IMG/VR virus record: IMGVR_UViG_3300045837_000213
Location: 1 to 64,000 of that record
DNA: 64,000 bases
DNA from: a virus
Lineage: Duplodnaviria; Caudoviricetes
Direction: 5' to 3' (one strand)
In this document: in pieces, positions 28,025 through 37,300 of the stretch
How the letters are laid out: each line of letters begins with the position of its first letter
How positions within the stretch are numbered: the stretch's first letter is position 1
Translations under genes and position numbers: made by a program
The notes under the pieces: generated by a model
Databases searched by the model: none
Told to the model about the DNA's origin: nothing
What the model saw: the letters and a program-made list of their open reading frames with translations, nothing else

Positions 28025-29857
28025 ATGAAGAAACTGAACATCTCCCCCGACCTGTCACTTCCGCTCGACGCGGTCACGCAGAAGCTGGCCTTCCTCGCAC
28101 GCACCGGGGCGGGGAAGACTTACGCGGCTCAGAAACTCTGCGAGGAGATGCTCGCCGCCGGCGCTCAGGTCGTCGCGCTCGACCCCGTCGGCGTCTGGTA
28201 CGGACTCCGCCTCGCCGCCGACGGGCGCGGCACGGGCTTCCCCATCCCGGTCTTCGGAGGCGAGCACGGCGACGTGCCGCTCGAACCGGAGTCCGGGGCG
28301 CTCGTCGCCGACCTCATCGTCGACCGCCAGATCAGCGCCGTGCTCGACGTCTCGATGTTCGAGTCGAAGGCGCAGCACAAGCGGTTCGCCACCGACTTCG
28401 CCGAACGCCTGTTCTTCAGAAAGAAGACCTCGCGCTCGCCCGTCCACCTCTTCTTCGAGGAGGCGCAGGAGTTCGTCCCGCAGTTCAAGTCGCGCGGCGA
28501 GGAGAGGATGCTCGGCGCGTTCGAGCGGCTCATCAAACTCGGTCGCAATTACGGCATCGGCGCGTCGCTCATCTCGCAGCGCCCGCAGGCGGTCAACAAG
28601 GACGTGCTCAACCAGACCGAATGCCTCTTCGCCTTGCAGACGACGGGGCCGCAGGAGCGCAAGGCCGTCGCCGGATGGATTCACGAGAAAGGACTCAGCG
28701 AAGACATAGACGCGCTCCTGCCGAAGCTCAAGATCGGCGAGGCGCACGTCTGGAGTCCCCAGTGGCTGGGCGTATCGGAGACCGTGAAGGTCGGACGAAA
28801 AACCACGTTCGACGCGTCGGCCACTCCCACCTTCGGCTCGAAGGCCGTAAAGCCTCAGGAATTGTCGCCCGTCGACGTGGACGAAATTCGTCGCTCGATG
28901 GCCGAAGTAGTCCGGCGGGCCGAGGAGAACGACCCGGCGAAGCTCAGGAAGAGGATCGCGGAACTCGAGCGCGAGAAGGACAAGCTCGCGAAAGAGTTGC
29001 CGCGAGCCGTCTCCGAGGCGGCCACGCGCGTCGAGACGAAGACGGTCGAAGTGCCGGTGATCGCCGACAGTCAGATCGCGCGCATCGAGCGCTGCGTCGC
29101 GGACTTGGAGGAGCTGAAAGTCTATTCCGAGATGATGCGCGACGCGCTCAAAGAGGCGGACCGGATGCGCGAGTTCCTGCTCGAAGGCGTGCGGCGTCTG
29201 AAGGCGGCGAAGACTGAAGCCCCACTCGGGCAGACGCGCGCGCCGAAACCGGGACAGGTCGTTAGTACCAATTCTCCGCAAGCGCGCAGAACGGCAACAA
29301 TTAAATTGGACAAAAGTAGTGTCAAAAAGCCGGCCACCGCCGACGACGACTTCCCCGTCACGAACAGCCAGCAGCGCGTCCTGGATGCGATTGCCTTCTA
29401 CGAATCAATCGGCAACCCGGAGCCATCGAACCTCCAGGTCGGCGCGGTCGCTTTGATGGACGCGAGCGGCGGTCATTTTTCCAACGTCGTCGGCCCACTC
29501 TCCTCCGGCGGCCTTATCATCCGCGAAGGCGGAAGGATGCGGCTCACCGAAGCCGGTCGCGCGCGCGCGCACGTGCCCGACCGCGTCGCCACCCTCGGCG
29601 AGTATCATGACGTGCTGCGCGCGCGCGTCCTGAAGGCACGCTCTGCTTCGAGGCGCACGGTTGACATCCTCAACGTCGTCATCTCGCGCGGGGGCGAACC
29701 CGTCTCGAACGAGGAGATCGGCGAGGAGGTCGGAATTGACCACATGGGCGGCCACTTCTCGAACACGATAGGGCCGCTCTCGACGCTCGGCTTGATAAGG
29801 CGCTCGGGCGGCCTCGTCTATCCGACAGAGATTCTTTTCCCGGAGGGGCTGCGATGA
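28025..29857 (+). CDS. HerA/FtsK-family P-loop ATPase with coiled coil and C-terminal wHTH-like repeats
   Basis: ARTGAGKT Walker A, LDPVG, FEEAQ Walker B, GRNYGIG...SQRP. Confidence 0.88.
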   Translation: MKKLNISPDLSLPLDAVTQKLAFLARTGAGKTYAAQKLCEEMLAAGAQVVALDPVGVWYGLRLAADGRGTGFPIPVFGGEHGDVPLEPESGALVADLIVDRQISAVLDVSMFESKAQHKRFATDFAERLFFRKKTSRSPVHLFFEEAQEFVPQFKSRGEERMLGAFERLIKLGRNYGIGASLISQRPQAVNKDVLNQTECLFALQTTGPQERKAVAGWIHEKGLSEDIDALLPKLKIGEAHVWSPQWLGVSETVKVGRKTTFDASATPTFGSKAVKPQELSPVDVDEIRRSMAEVVRRAEENDPAKLRKRIAELEREKDKLAKELPRAVSEAATRVETKTVEVPVIADSQIARIERCVADLEELKVYSEMMRDALKEADRMREFLLEGVRRLKAAKTEAPLGQTRAPKPGQVVSTNSPQARRTATIKLDKSSVKKPATADDDFPVTNSQQRVLDAIAFYESIGNPEPSNLQVGAVALMDASGGHFSNVVGPLSSGGLIIREGGRMRLTEAGRARAHVPDRVATLGEYHDVLRARVLKARSASRRTVDILNVVISRGGEPVSNEEIGEEVGIDHMGGHFSNTIGPLSTLGLIRRSGGLVYPTEILFPEGLR

Positions 29858-30097
29858 AAATTCTGACGCCCTGCAACGCCGAAGAGCTGACCGCCGACCT
29901 CTCGAAGAGGATTCGTGAGCGGGGTCGTGACGGCCTGAGCCTTTCTTCGCTCGACGGGGTGGACGCCTACCTCGCCGGCGGACTCACGCTGCGCGGTGAC
30001 GTGAAGCTCGTCACGCGCACGAGCGGACAATTCCTCGTGTGGCTCGACACGCGTCCCGCCACGCCGCCGGTCTTCGTCGAGGAATGAAAAGAAAAAA

Positions 30098-30580
30098 ATG
30101 AAGGTCATCTTCCTCGACTTCGACGGAGTAATCATCCTCCCTCACTCGCAGGGCAAGTCCGGCAGCCGCTCGCGCGCCGACGACCGGGCCGTCAAGCACC
30201 TCAATTCCATCATCAGTCGCACGCGCGCCAAGGTCGTCGTCTCTTCCGCCTGGCGCGGGCGCTTCAAGGCACCGCTGAAACGGTTACTACAGGGGTGGGG
30301 CGTCCGCTGCACCGTCGCGGGCGTCACCCCGCGCAACCGTCGGCGCGCCTGGGTCTATGGCCCTGAAGACGATCTGCGACAATTCAACATATCGGGGCCG
30401 CGCGGCGCGGAGATCATCGCCTGGCTGCGCGGGCACCCCGAGGTCGAGTCCTTCGTCATCCTCGACGACGACTCGGACATGGCTTGCGTCGCGCATAAGC
30501 TTGTCAAGACCGATTTTATGACCGGCCTCACAGCCGAGCACGAAGAGCGCGCCGTGAGGATGCTACGAGGTGAGTCGTGA
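30098..30580 (+). CDS. HAD-superfamily phosphatase (Swiss-Army-knife RNA-repair-like)
   Basis: IFLDFDGV, VVSSAWR, RGAEI..WL, FVILDD. Confidence 0.85.
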   Translation: MKVIFLDFDGVIILPHSQGKSGSRSRADDRAVKHLNSIISRTRAKVVVSSAWRGRFKAPLKRLLQGWGVRCTVAGVTPRNRRRAWVYGPEDDLRQFNISGPRGAEIIAWLRGHPEVESFVILDDDSDMACVAHKLVKTDFMTGLTAEHEERAVRMLRGES

Positions 30581-30967
30581 AACAGGACTGGACGGTCGAA
30601 GGGACGGTCTGGCTCGCCGGCGGCGGGACGAAGGAGGTCTATCAAACATGGGAGGGCGTCGGCCTTGCCCGAGCCGACGACATGCTCGAACAACTCGCAC
30701 ATGATTACATCCTCAAGCCGAACGTCAAGGCCGTTGACTTCAAGGCCACGGCGCTGGGCGAAGAAGGGACATCTATTCTGGTGAGGCAGCAGTGGAAGTG
30801 AAAAGCGAAGGCGGCGGGAATTTTGGGATCCCCGCCGCCTTCCGATGTCGCGCTCACCGTCCTCACCCCGGCAAGCGCTGCTGCGGATACGTTCAGCACC
30901 CGCGCTTGTTGGGAGGGATGATAGCCACATCCCTCGGCCATGTCAAAGCAACGCGGAGGGATGATAG

Positions 30968-31348
30968 ATGCACTACCAATGCGCCCCCGACCCGGATCAA
31001 GTACTCGCGCAGCGCCGGCTTTCAGACGGGCGCGTGCTCGCCGTCTTCCACGACCCCCGCACCGAGCAGCGCGTCGTCACCGAGCGGGCCGTCCACGAGG
31101 TCGAAGCCTCGGGCGGGCGCGTGCTCCTCGAATACGAGCGCCCCCGCGTCGCCACGTTCAAGCTGCCGGGCGACGACTATTTTCTCGTCATCACCGACGA
31201 CGCCGGGGAGCCGGAGAAGTGGCGGACTCTTTGCTCCCGCGCCACGGAAGACGCGATCCGCCGCGCGTTCTTACATTTCAGGGAGGGGGACGATGAAAGA
31301 CGCATTAACCAGGCCGAAGTTCACCCGCGCCGCCGCGCTACTGACTAG
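30968..31348 (+). CDS. Hypothetical protein
   Basis: Most protein-like of the overlapping frames. Confidence 0.45.
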   Translation: MHYQCAPDPDQVLAQRRLSDGRVLAVFHDPRTEQRVVTERAVHEVEASGGRVLLEYERPRVATFKLPGDDYFLVITDDAGEPEKWRTLCSRATEDAIRRAFLHFREGDDERRINQAEVHPRRRATD

Positions 31349-31751
31349 CCTCGCGCCGCTGGCCGACTACCGGCTCGTACCGCACGCGTTTCTATTCTGC
31401 GCGCTCATGTTCGCGCCGATGGGGCAGCCGTTCGTCGCCTGGTGCTGCGTCGTCTTCGCATTCCTCTTCCGATACGACGCGGGACGATGCCGGCACCGGC
31501 GAGCGACGTTCGTGAGGAACATCTACGGCGATGAGATCAACGCGACGGGCGCACGCAGTTGGTGGGAGTGCGACGGCTGCGGCGAGTTCTTCACGCGGGA
31601 TGTGCTGGTCGCGACGGAGTGCGAGATGAAAGCGGTCGGCGCAACCGCCGAAGAGAGCGAGGCGAAAACAGCCTCGCTCGCCGAGTATGTGCGGATGGAC
31701 GCTTCTGGAAAGATGTCCTTCCTGCGAGGGGGTGGGAGGATCATAGACTGA
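31293..31751 (+). CDS. Putative membrane protein with C-terminal Cys motif
   Basis: Two hydrophobic segments; RNIYGDEIN...RSWWECDGCG. Confidence 0.55.
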   Translation: MKDALTRPKFTRAAALLTSLAPLADYRLVPHAFLFCALMFAPMGQPFVAWCCVVFAFLFRYDAGRCRHRRATFVRNIYGDEINATGARSWWECDGCGEFFTRDVLVATECEMKAVGATAEESEAKTASLAEYVRMDASGKMSFLRGGGRIID

Positions 31752-31800
31752 CCCTCCCGCCTCTGCGATTCACGGCGGGCGCGGCGAGCGCCTTCCCGGC

Positions 31801-32325
31801 TCACGACGCCGGCTGCTGCGAAACCTTCACCTGCTTCGCCTCGTCCGTATAGACCTTGATCTCAGTCCCCGGCTTGATCTCGGCCTGCTTGCCGTGCTTC
31901 AGAAGCCCGACGGGGCCGAAGAGCACCACGAGCGCGATGGTCGCCCCGGTCTTGTCGTCGCCCGACTTGCCCTTCGACGACCGGAGCTTCACCGACTGGC
32001 CGTCGGCGGTCGTGGTCGATTCGACGCGGAGTTGGAGCTGGCCGCCCCGGCCCATCATGCCGGCCTTCTTCGCCTTCACGATGACGCCCTTGACGAGCGC
32101 CCCCTTGGCGATCACGACCTGGCCGTTGACCCGCACGTCCTCGACCACCTTGAGCGTGACGGAGTCGCCCTCCGTCGAGGTCTTGCTCGAAAGCGCCTCG
32201 GTCGTCGCCGCCGTCAGCTCCGTCCCTTCAGGCACGGCGACTTCGCCCGCGTCCTGTGCGCGTGCGGCGGCGAGGGGCGCGGAGAGAAAAGCGAGCAGCA
32301 GAAAGAGTGTGACTAAGTTTTTCAC
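31801..32325 (-). CDS. Secreted/envelope protein (VPEGT...LSS...GD beta-rich family)
   Basis: Signal peptide; KKAGMMGRGGQL; GKQAEIKPGT. Confidence 0.7.
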   Translation of the reverse strand: MKNLVTLFLLLAFLSAPLAAARAQDAGEVAVPEGTELTAATTEALSSKTSTEGDSVTLKVVEDVRVNGQVVIAKGALVKGVIVKAKKAGMMGRGGQLQLRVESTTTADGQSVKLRSSKGKSGDDKTGATIALVVLFGPVGLLKHGKQAEIKPGTEIKVYTDEAKQVKVSQQPAS

Positions 32326-32598
32326 GGGGGATGTTCCTTTCGCGGTTACGCTGAGGTCAAAGGTGGGCGCCGCCCCTACCGAGGCGGCGCCGGATTCAGT
32401 ACGGTCGCGGCGCAGGAATGTAGCAGAGGGAGGTCGGAAAGGGAAGGCCGCGCGGGGGCGCATGACGAGCCAAACATTTTGCATAACGAATTGCGCCCGG
32501 CGTGGTATCATCGCCGCCGTTCGCAAGTACGCGCGCCGGCTACCGATACGCAGGCGCTTCCCCATTCCACTTTGCTTAAACGAAAGGAGCTTTCACGG

Positions 32599-32883
32599 AT
32601 GAAGTACCAAGCAGCTTTCCTCGCGCTCGTTGCGCTGATCACTGTCAGCCTGCACGCCAACCCCGTCATCATCGAGACGGGCGGCGACCGCCTCGAGGTC
32701 AACGGCGTCGACGAGGAGAACGCCCTCTTCACCTGCCGCGCCGTCGACCGGGTCGGCCAGACGGTGCAGGGCGGCCCGACGACGCTCCCCTTCGAGCGCC
32801 AGTACTGCGACCTGATCCTTCCGCGCATCAAGTGGGCGGAGACGGAGCGCGCGGCTGCCGCCGGGGCGGGCAACAACACCTAG
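32599..32883 (+). CDS. Small secreted protein
   Basis: AAAGGAG RBS; signal peptide MKYQAAFLALVALITVSLHA. Confidence 0.6.
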   Translation: MKYQAAFLALVALITVSLHANPVIIETGGDRLEVNGVDEENALFTCRAVDRVGQTVQGGPTTLPFERQYCDLILPRIKWAETERAAAAGAGNNT

Positions 32884-32978
32884 CGCCCTCGCACACCCAC
32901 GGACGAGGCACGCGCGGGCGCGGCGCCACGTCAACCGTTCGATCAACACTTCAGCGAAAGGAGCATCAGGCGAAGGAC

Positions 32979-33101
32979 ATGGCCGACAAAAAGAAGACCG
33001 GCGGTCAGGGCGCGAAGAAGCCCCAGGCCCAGGGCACGCAGCCGAAGACGGGCAAAGGCACCGGCGGCAAGATGAAAGGCACCGGCGGCAACAAGAAGTA
33101 G
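32979..33101 (+). CDS. Very small Lys/Gly-rich peptide
   Basis: AAGGA RBS; MADKKKTGGQGAKK...; followed by a terminator. Confidence 0.5.
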   Translation: MADKKKTGGQGAKKPQAQGTQPKTGKGTGGKMKGTGGNKK

Positions 33102-33130
33102 CCGCGCGGGGCTAAAGGCTTCCACACGCG

Positions 33131-33175
33131 AAAGAGGGGCGACGCCGTCGGACACGGCGTCGCCCCTCTTTCTTT
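33131..33175. terminator. Bidirectional intrinsic terminator between the converging arms
   Basis: AAAGAGGGGCGACGCCGT-loop-ACGGCGTCGCCCCTCTTT. Confidence 0.85.
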
Positions 33176-33191
33176 CATCAGCCGCGCCGCC

Positions 33192-33749
33192 TCAATCCGG
33201 CCGCGCGGAAGATTTACGCACGCGTTTCACTTTGGGCTTCTCGCCAGCGGAGGCGCGGGGGAGTTTACGCCTGGCGGGAGGAGCGTCTGAAGGCGTCTGT
33301 GGCGGCTCGCTCTCGACGGCAGGTGCCGGGGCCTGCCCGTCTGAAGCTTCGAGCGCGAGCATACAATCCGGGTCGTAAGAAATCGTCACCCAGCGCTCCG
33401 CGCCGATAGACCAGGCGGCGATCTTCTCGCCGGCAAGAGGGTCGCGGCTCCAGTCGTACCAGAACCAACGCCGCTCGCCCCCCACAGCGACGCATACCGT
33501 GTTGCCGTAGAAAATGTTGCCCGGGTTGTTCGTCGCGTCGTCGAGGAGCCACCTGCCGCAGTAGAAGCCGGTAAGTGTCACGGGCGCGGAGTGCTCGTGT
33601 GACTTGGCGGCGGCGAACGTGAATCCGCCAGCCGGAGTGCAGGCGATGCCGGCGGGGTCGGAGGGCGAGGCACACTGAGCGGAAGCTGACGTGACCGCCA
33701 GCAGGAAGAGCGCGGCCAGTAAGGCCGGGCGCTTGAAAAGGTTCGTCAA
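33192..33749 (-). CDS. Secreted hypothetical protein
   Basis: Signal peptide; Cys/Trp-containing domain. Confidence 0.55.
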   Translation of the reverse strand: MTNLFKRPALLAALFLLAVTSASAQCASPSDPAGIACTPAGGFTFAAAKSHEHSAPVTLTGFYCGRWLLDDATNNPGNIFYGNTVCVAVGGERRWFWYDWSRDPLAGEKIAAWSIGAERWVTISYDPDCMLALEASDGQAPAPAVESEPPQTPSDAPPARRKLPRASAGEKPKVKRVRKSSARPD

Positions 33750-33834
33750 GGGGATATTTCTCCTTTCGGCTAGGCGCGGACGGACGGCGCACGCCTTCAG
33801 GCGCGCGGGCGGAATTGTCGGAGCCGGGAAGGGT

Positions 33835-34290
33835 TCAGGACTGCGGGGCCGCTTCGGCGGTTGCTTCGGCGTCGCCCTCTCCGGAGAGTTCGGGGAAGAG
33901 CCAATAGAGTGCCGCCATGCAGGCCGGCAGCGGCGCGGGGTCGAAATCTTCGGCCTTGAGTCTGACCGCCGGCAGCGTCACCTCCTCGTCGCCGAGCGCT
34001 TCGATCTGCGCCTCCCACTCCTCGCGCTTCGCGCGGTCGGGGAAGCGGAAGTTCTGGCCGTCGTCGGTCTCGCCCAGGGAGCGCGCGAGCTTGATCTTCT
34101 GCTCGTCGTAAGACTCGAGTTCGACCGTCGCGCCGCGCGCGAGGCGCGCGAGGCGGATCGAAGTGGCGGCCTGCTTGGGTTGGGTGTTGGCGAGGGTGTT
34201 CAGCCAGTTCCTCGCGCCCACCAGCTCCTTCATCTTCAGCGTGTCTGTGCCCGCCTTCCGGTTGATCGCCTCCTGCAGTTTGTCGCCCAC
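33835..34290 (-). CDS. Hypothetical protein downstream of the tail fibre (possible assembly factor)
   Basis: GAGGAGG RBS; position after the fibre gene. Confidence 0.6.
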   Translation of the reverse strand: MGDKLQEAINRKAGTDTLKMKELVGARNWLNTLANTQPKQAATSIRLARLARGATVELESYDEQKIKLARSLGETDDGQNFRFPDRAKREEWEAQIEALGDEEVTLPAVRLKAEDFDPAPLPACMAALYWLFPELSGEGDAEATAEAAPQS

Positions 34291-34357
34291 GTCCGCCTCC
34301 TCAGAAATAAGATGGCCGCGCCGGCGCGCAGCACGTTATTCAAAATAGCACACGGAG

Positions 34358-37300
34358 CTATGCGGGCGGCAAGTCCGCCGCCGTTAATGTCCCGGAGGTG
34401 CAGCGTCTGAGTTCCCGGACCTGACGCTCCAACTTCGCTACCCTACTTTCGTGGTCGAAGAGATATAGGTATGCCTCTTCGACCGAGGCCAGTAGCGCGT
34501 CGCCGCCACTGAAGAGTCCGTGTCCGGCGGTCTGCCCGAAACGCGGCAGGTGCCACCAAGTGCGCGCGAACTCTTCGACCGCTTCGAGCGGCCTCAATCC
34601 GGCGTACTCTCTCGCCCCGTCATGATCAATAAACCTCTCCACCTTCCCCGTGGCCCAGTGCTCCAACACGTAGTCGGGGTTCGTATAACTCGCGCCGTTT
34701 TTGTACATGTCCCCCGACACGTTGACGGTCCCCGCGCCCTTGCTGCTCCCCGTCGCCGTACCCAGGAACACCCCGCCGTCCTGCGCGATGGTCAGGTCGG
34801 CGTGACCCCTGGAGTTGTTGTCGCAGAAGAACGCGATGGCGTTATTGCCGCCGCTGACTTGCGACTGGTTGAAAATCTCCAGGTTGCCCCGCCGCGTGGA
34901 GAGAGCGCTGGTGCTGTTGATGACCTCAAACAGCCCACTGCCACGTGAGGTCGTGCCGTCGCCCAGCTGGAAATACTGAAAGCTCGCCGTGTCGGTCGTA
35001 TAGATTTGGACGTATGCCGTGCCGGAAGAGGCGCTGAAAGCGCCGTCGCCGCGCACGTCGAGCATGGCGATGGGCGCGGCGTTACTCCCTACCGTTAATC
35101 CCGATAGGGAACCCGCGTCAGCGTACACCCGTGCGTCAGACGAAGTGCCGCCGCTCAACTTGAGCAGAGCGGATTGCGTGCCCGCGTAATTCCACGCCTT
35201 CAGGACGAGCGCGCCCGTCGTGTTGGTGCTGCTGCCGGCGGCGGTGATACTGGCCTGAGAAATTACGTTGGTCGAGTCGTCTTTTGCCTGAATGGCGAGT
35301 ATGTTCGCTCCGCCTGAGTTTTGCCAATAAGCGGAGCCAAAGCCGCTATTCGTCGGGACGTTAACGATCAGCGCGCCACTCGCCGAGTCCGTACGACCCA
35401 CGACGAGATTTCCGCTCGTCGCGTCAATCTTGAGAAGCTGGTTGCCCGATGAGAGACCATAGAGACCCGTGCGATCCATCCAGACGCCCGTCCCGGCGCT
35501 TGCGGAAGTCGGCGGCGTCGTGCCGAGGGCGAACGAGCCGCTTGACGAACTGATCGTGACCGCGCCGGTGAAGCTGCCGGACGTGGCTGTGATCGCGCCG
35601 GAGATGGTCGCGCTTGTCGCCGTCAGATTGCCCGACGAATCCAGCGTGAAGTTCGCCGCCTTGATGAGTACCTTAGACGAGTCCCATTGCAGATAATTGT
35701 TAGCGTCTTTATAAAGAGACAGACGGCCCGAATTCGCGCCCTCAAGATAAACGCCCGCGTTCGCGCCGTAAGAGGTGGGTGGAGTCGCGCCCATCGAAAT
35801 GTACTCGCCAGTGTTGTCCACATAGACGTGCGTTGACGAGATGCGGCTACTGCTCAACGTCCACCCGGCTATCGAACCGCCGCTGGCTATGACGTTTCCG
35901 CTGGTCGCGTCAATCCTGAAGATTCGGAGGCCGCCGTTCAGCGCGTACAGACCCGTCCTGTCGAGCCACAGGCCGGTGCCGTGGAGGGAGTCGGTGGGCG
36001 GGAGCGACCCGATAGAGATTGAGCCGCTTGACGAACTGATCGTGAGCGGCCCGGTGATCGAGCCTGACGTGGCGGTGATCGCGCCGGAGACGGTCGCGCC
36101 CGTGGCCGTGATCTGCCCGCTCGTCGCGTCAAGGATGAAATTCTGAGTTCCCGCGTTGAGTCCGAAGATGCCCGTGCGGTCAACCCAGATGCCCGTGCCG
36201 TGTGTCGCATCAGTGGGCGGCGTCGTGCCTAATGTGAAGGCCGCGCCCGAACCGGACACCTGCATCTTGCCGACGAGGAACATCCCCTGCGAGGCATCCA
36301 ACTGAATCATGTTGTTGCCCGCAGAGTCGTTGATGTTCAGCACGCCGGCGGACGTGAGCTGGATGCGGTTGGTCGTGTTGAGGCGAATGTCAACCTCGCC
36401 CGACGAGATGCGGACGTTGCTCTGCCCCGCCGCGACCTGCCCGACCGTGATGTTGCCGGCGGCGTCTATCTGCTGGACGACAGTAGAGAGTCCGTTGATA
36501 GTGCGGTAGCCGTTCGTGCTGTCAATCGTGACGTGAGTCTTGCCCGCGGCGTATTCGCCCAGCGCGATGCCGACGGTTGAAGCCGTGTAACCGTAGAAGC
36601 CCACCAATTCGCCGAACGCGGCGTGCTCCGTGATGTCATTCCACGTAGAAGAATTTCTCTTCCAGAGAACTTGAGTTGGCCCGACCTGCCCCTTGTTGTA
36701 ATAGACGCGCCGCGCGGATTGTTGAGGCGTCGTAGCCCATGAGGTGAAGGCGGAGATTCTGACCCTGACCCAAAACGCGGATTGAGAGTTGACCGTGCTG
36801 CTCGCCCAGCTTGTGAGACTCGAAGCCGTCCACTCGAACCCTTGCCAGCCGGTCGCCTTCCAATCTCCGTTCGTGTTGCCGACGAAGGTAGGGGTAAAGC
36901 TCGTCCAGGCCGAACCGTTCCAGTACTCCCACACGAGAGTCGCGCTGTAACTCGCGGCGGTCGTGACGTTGAAATACAAGTTGTTCCAACTCGTATTCTG
37001 GACGCCGAAATAGATAGCGCCGTTGAGGACGTTCGCCGAATCGCCGAAGGGCGACCAGTTGGCGGAGGCTGCGTAGTTTGACGAGAACGCGGGCGCTGCC
37101 GTGGCGTTGTAGATGAAGTCGGGCGCGACGCTGACGGTCGAATGAAGGGAGAAAATGTCCCAGTAGCCGTTACCGGCCTGGCCCGTGTCCAAAGCGGCGT
37201 CGCCCGCGTTCCACGCGTTCGCGCCTGTGCCGTCCAGGTTGCGCGCGACTGAATACTGATACCCCCCGGTGACAGTCGAGGGGCCGGAGGTGACCCGCAT

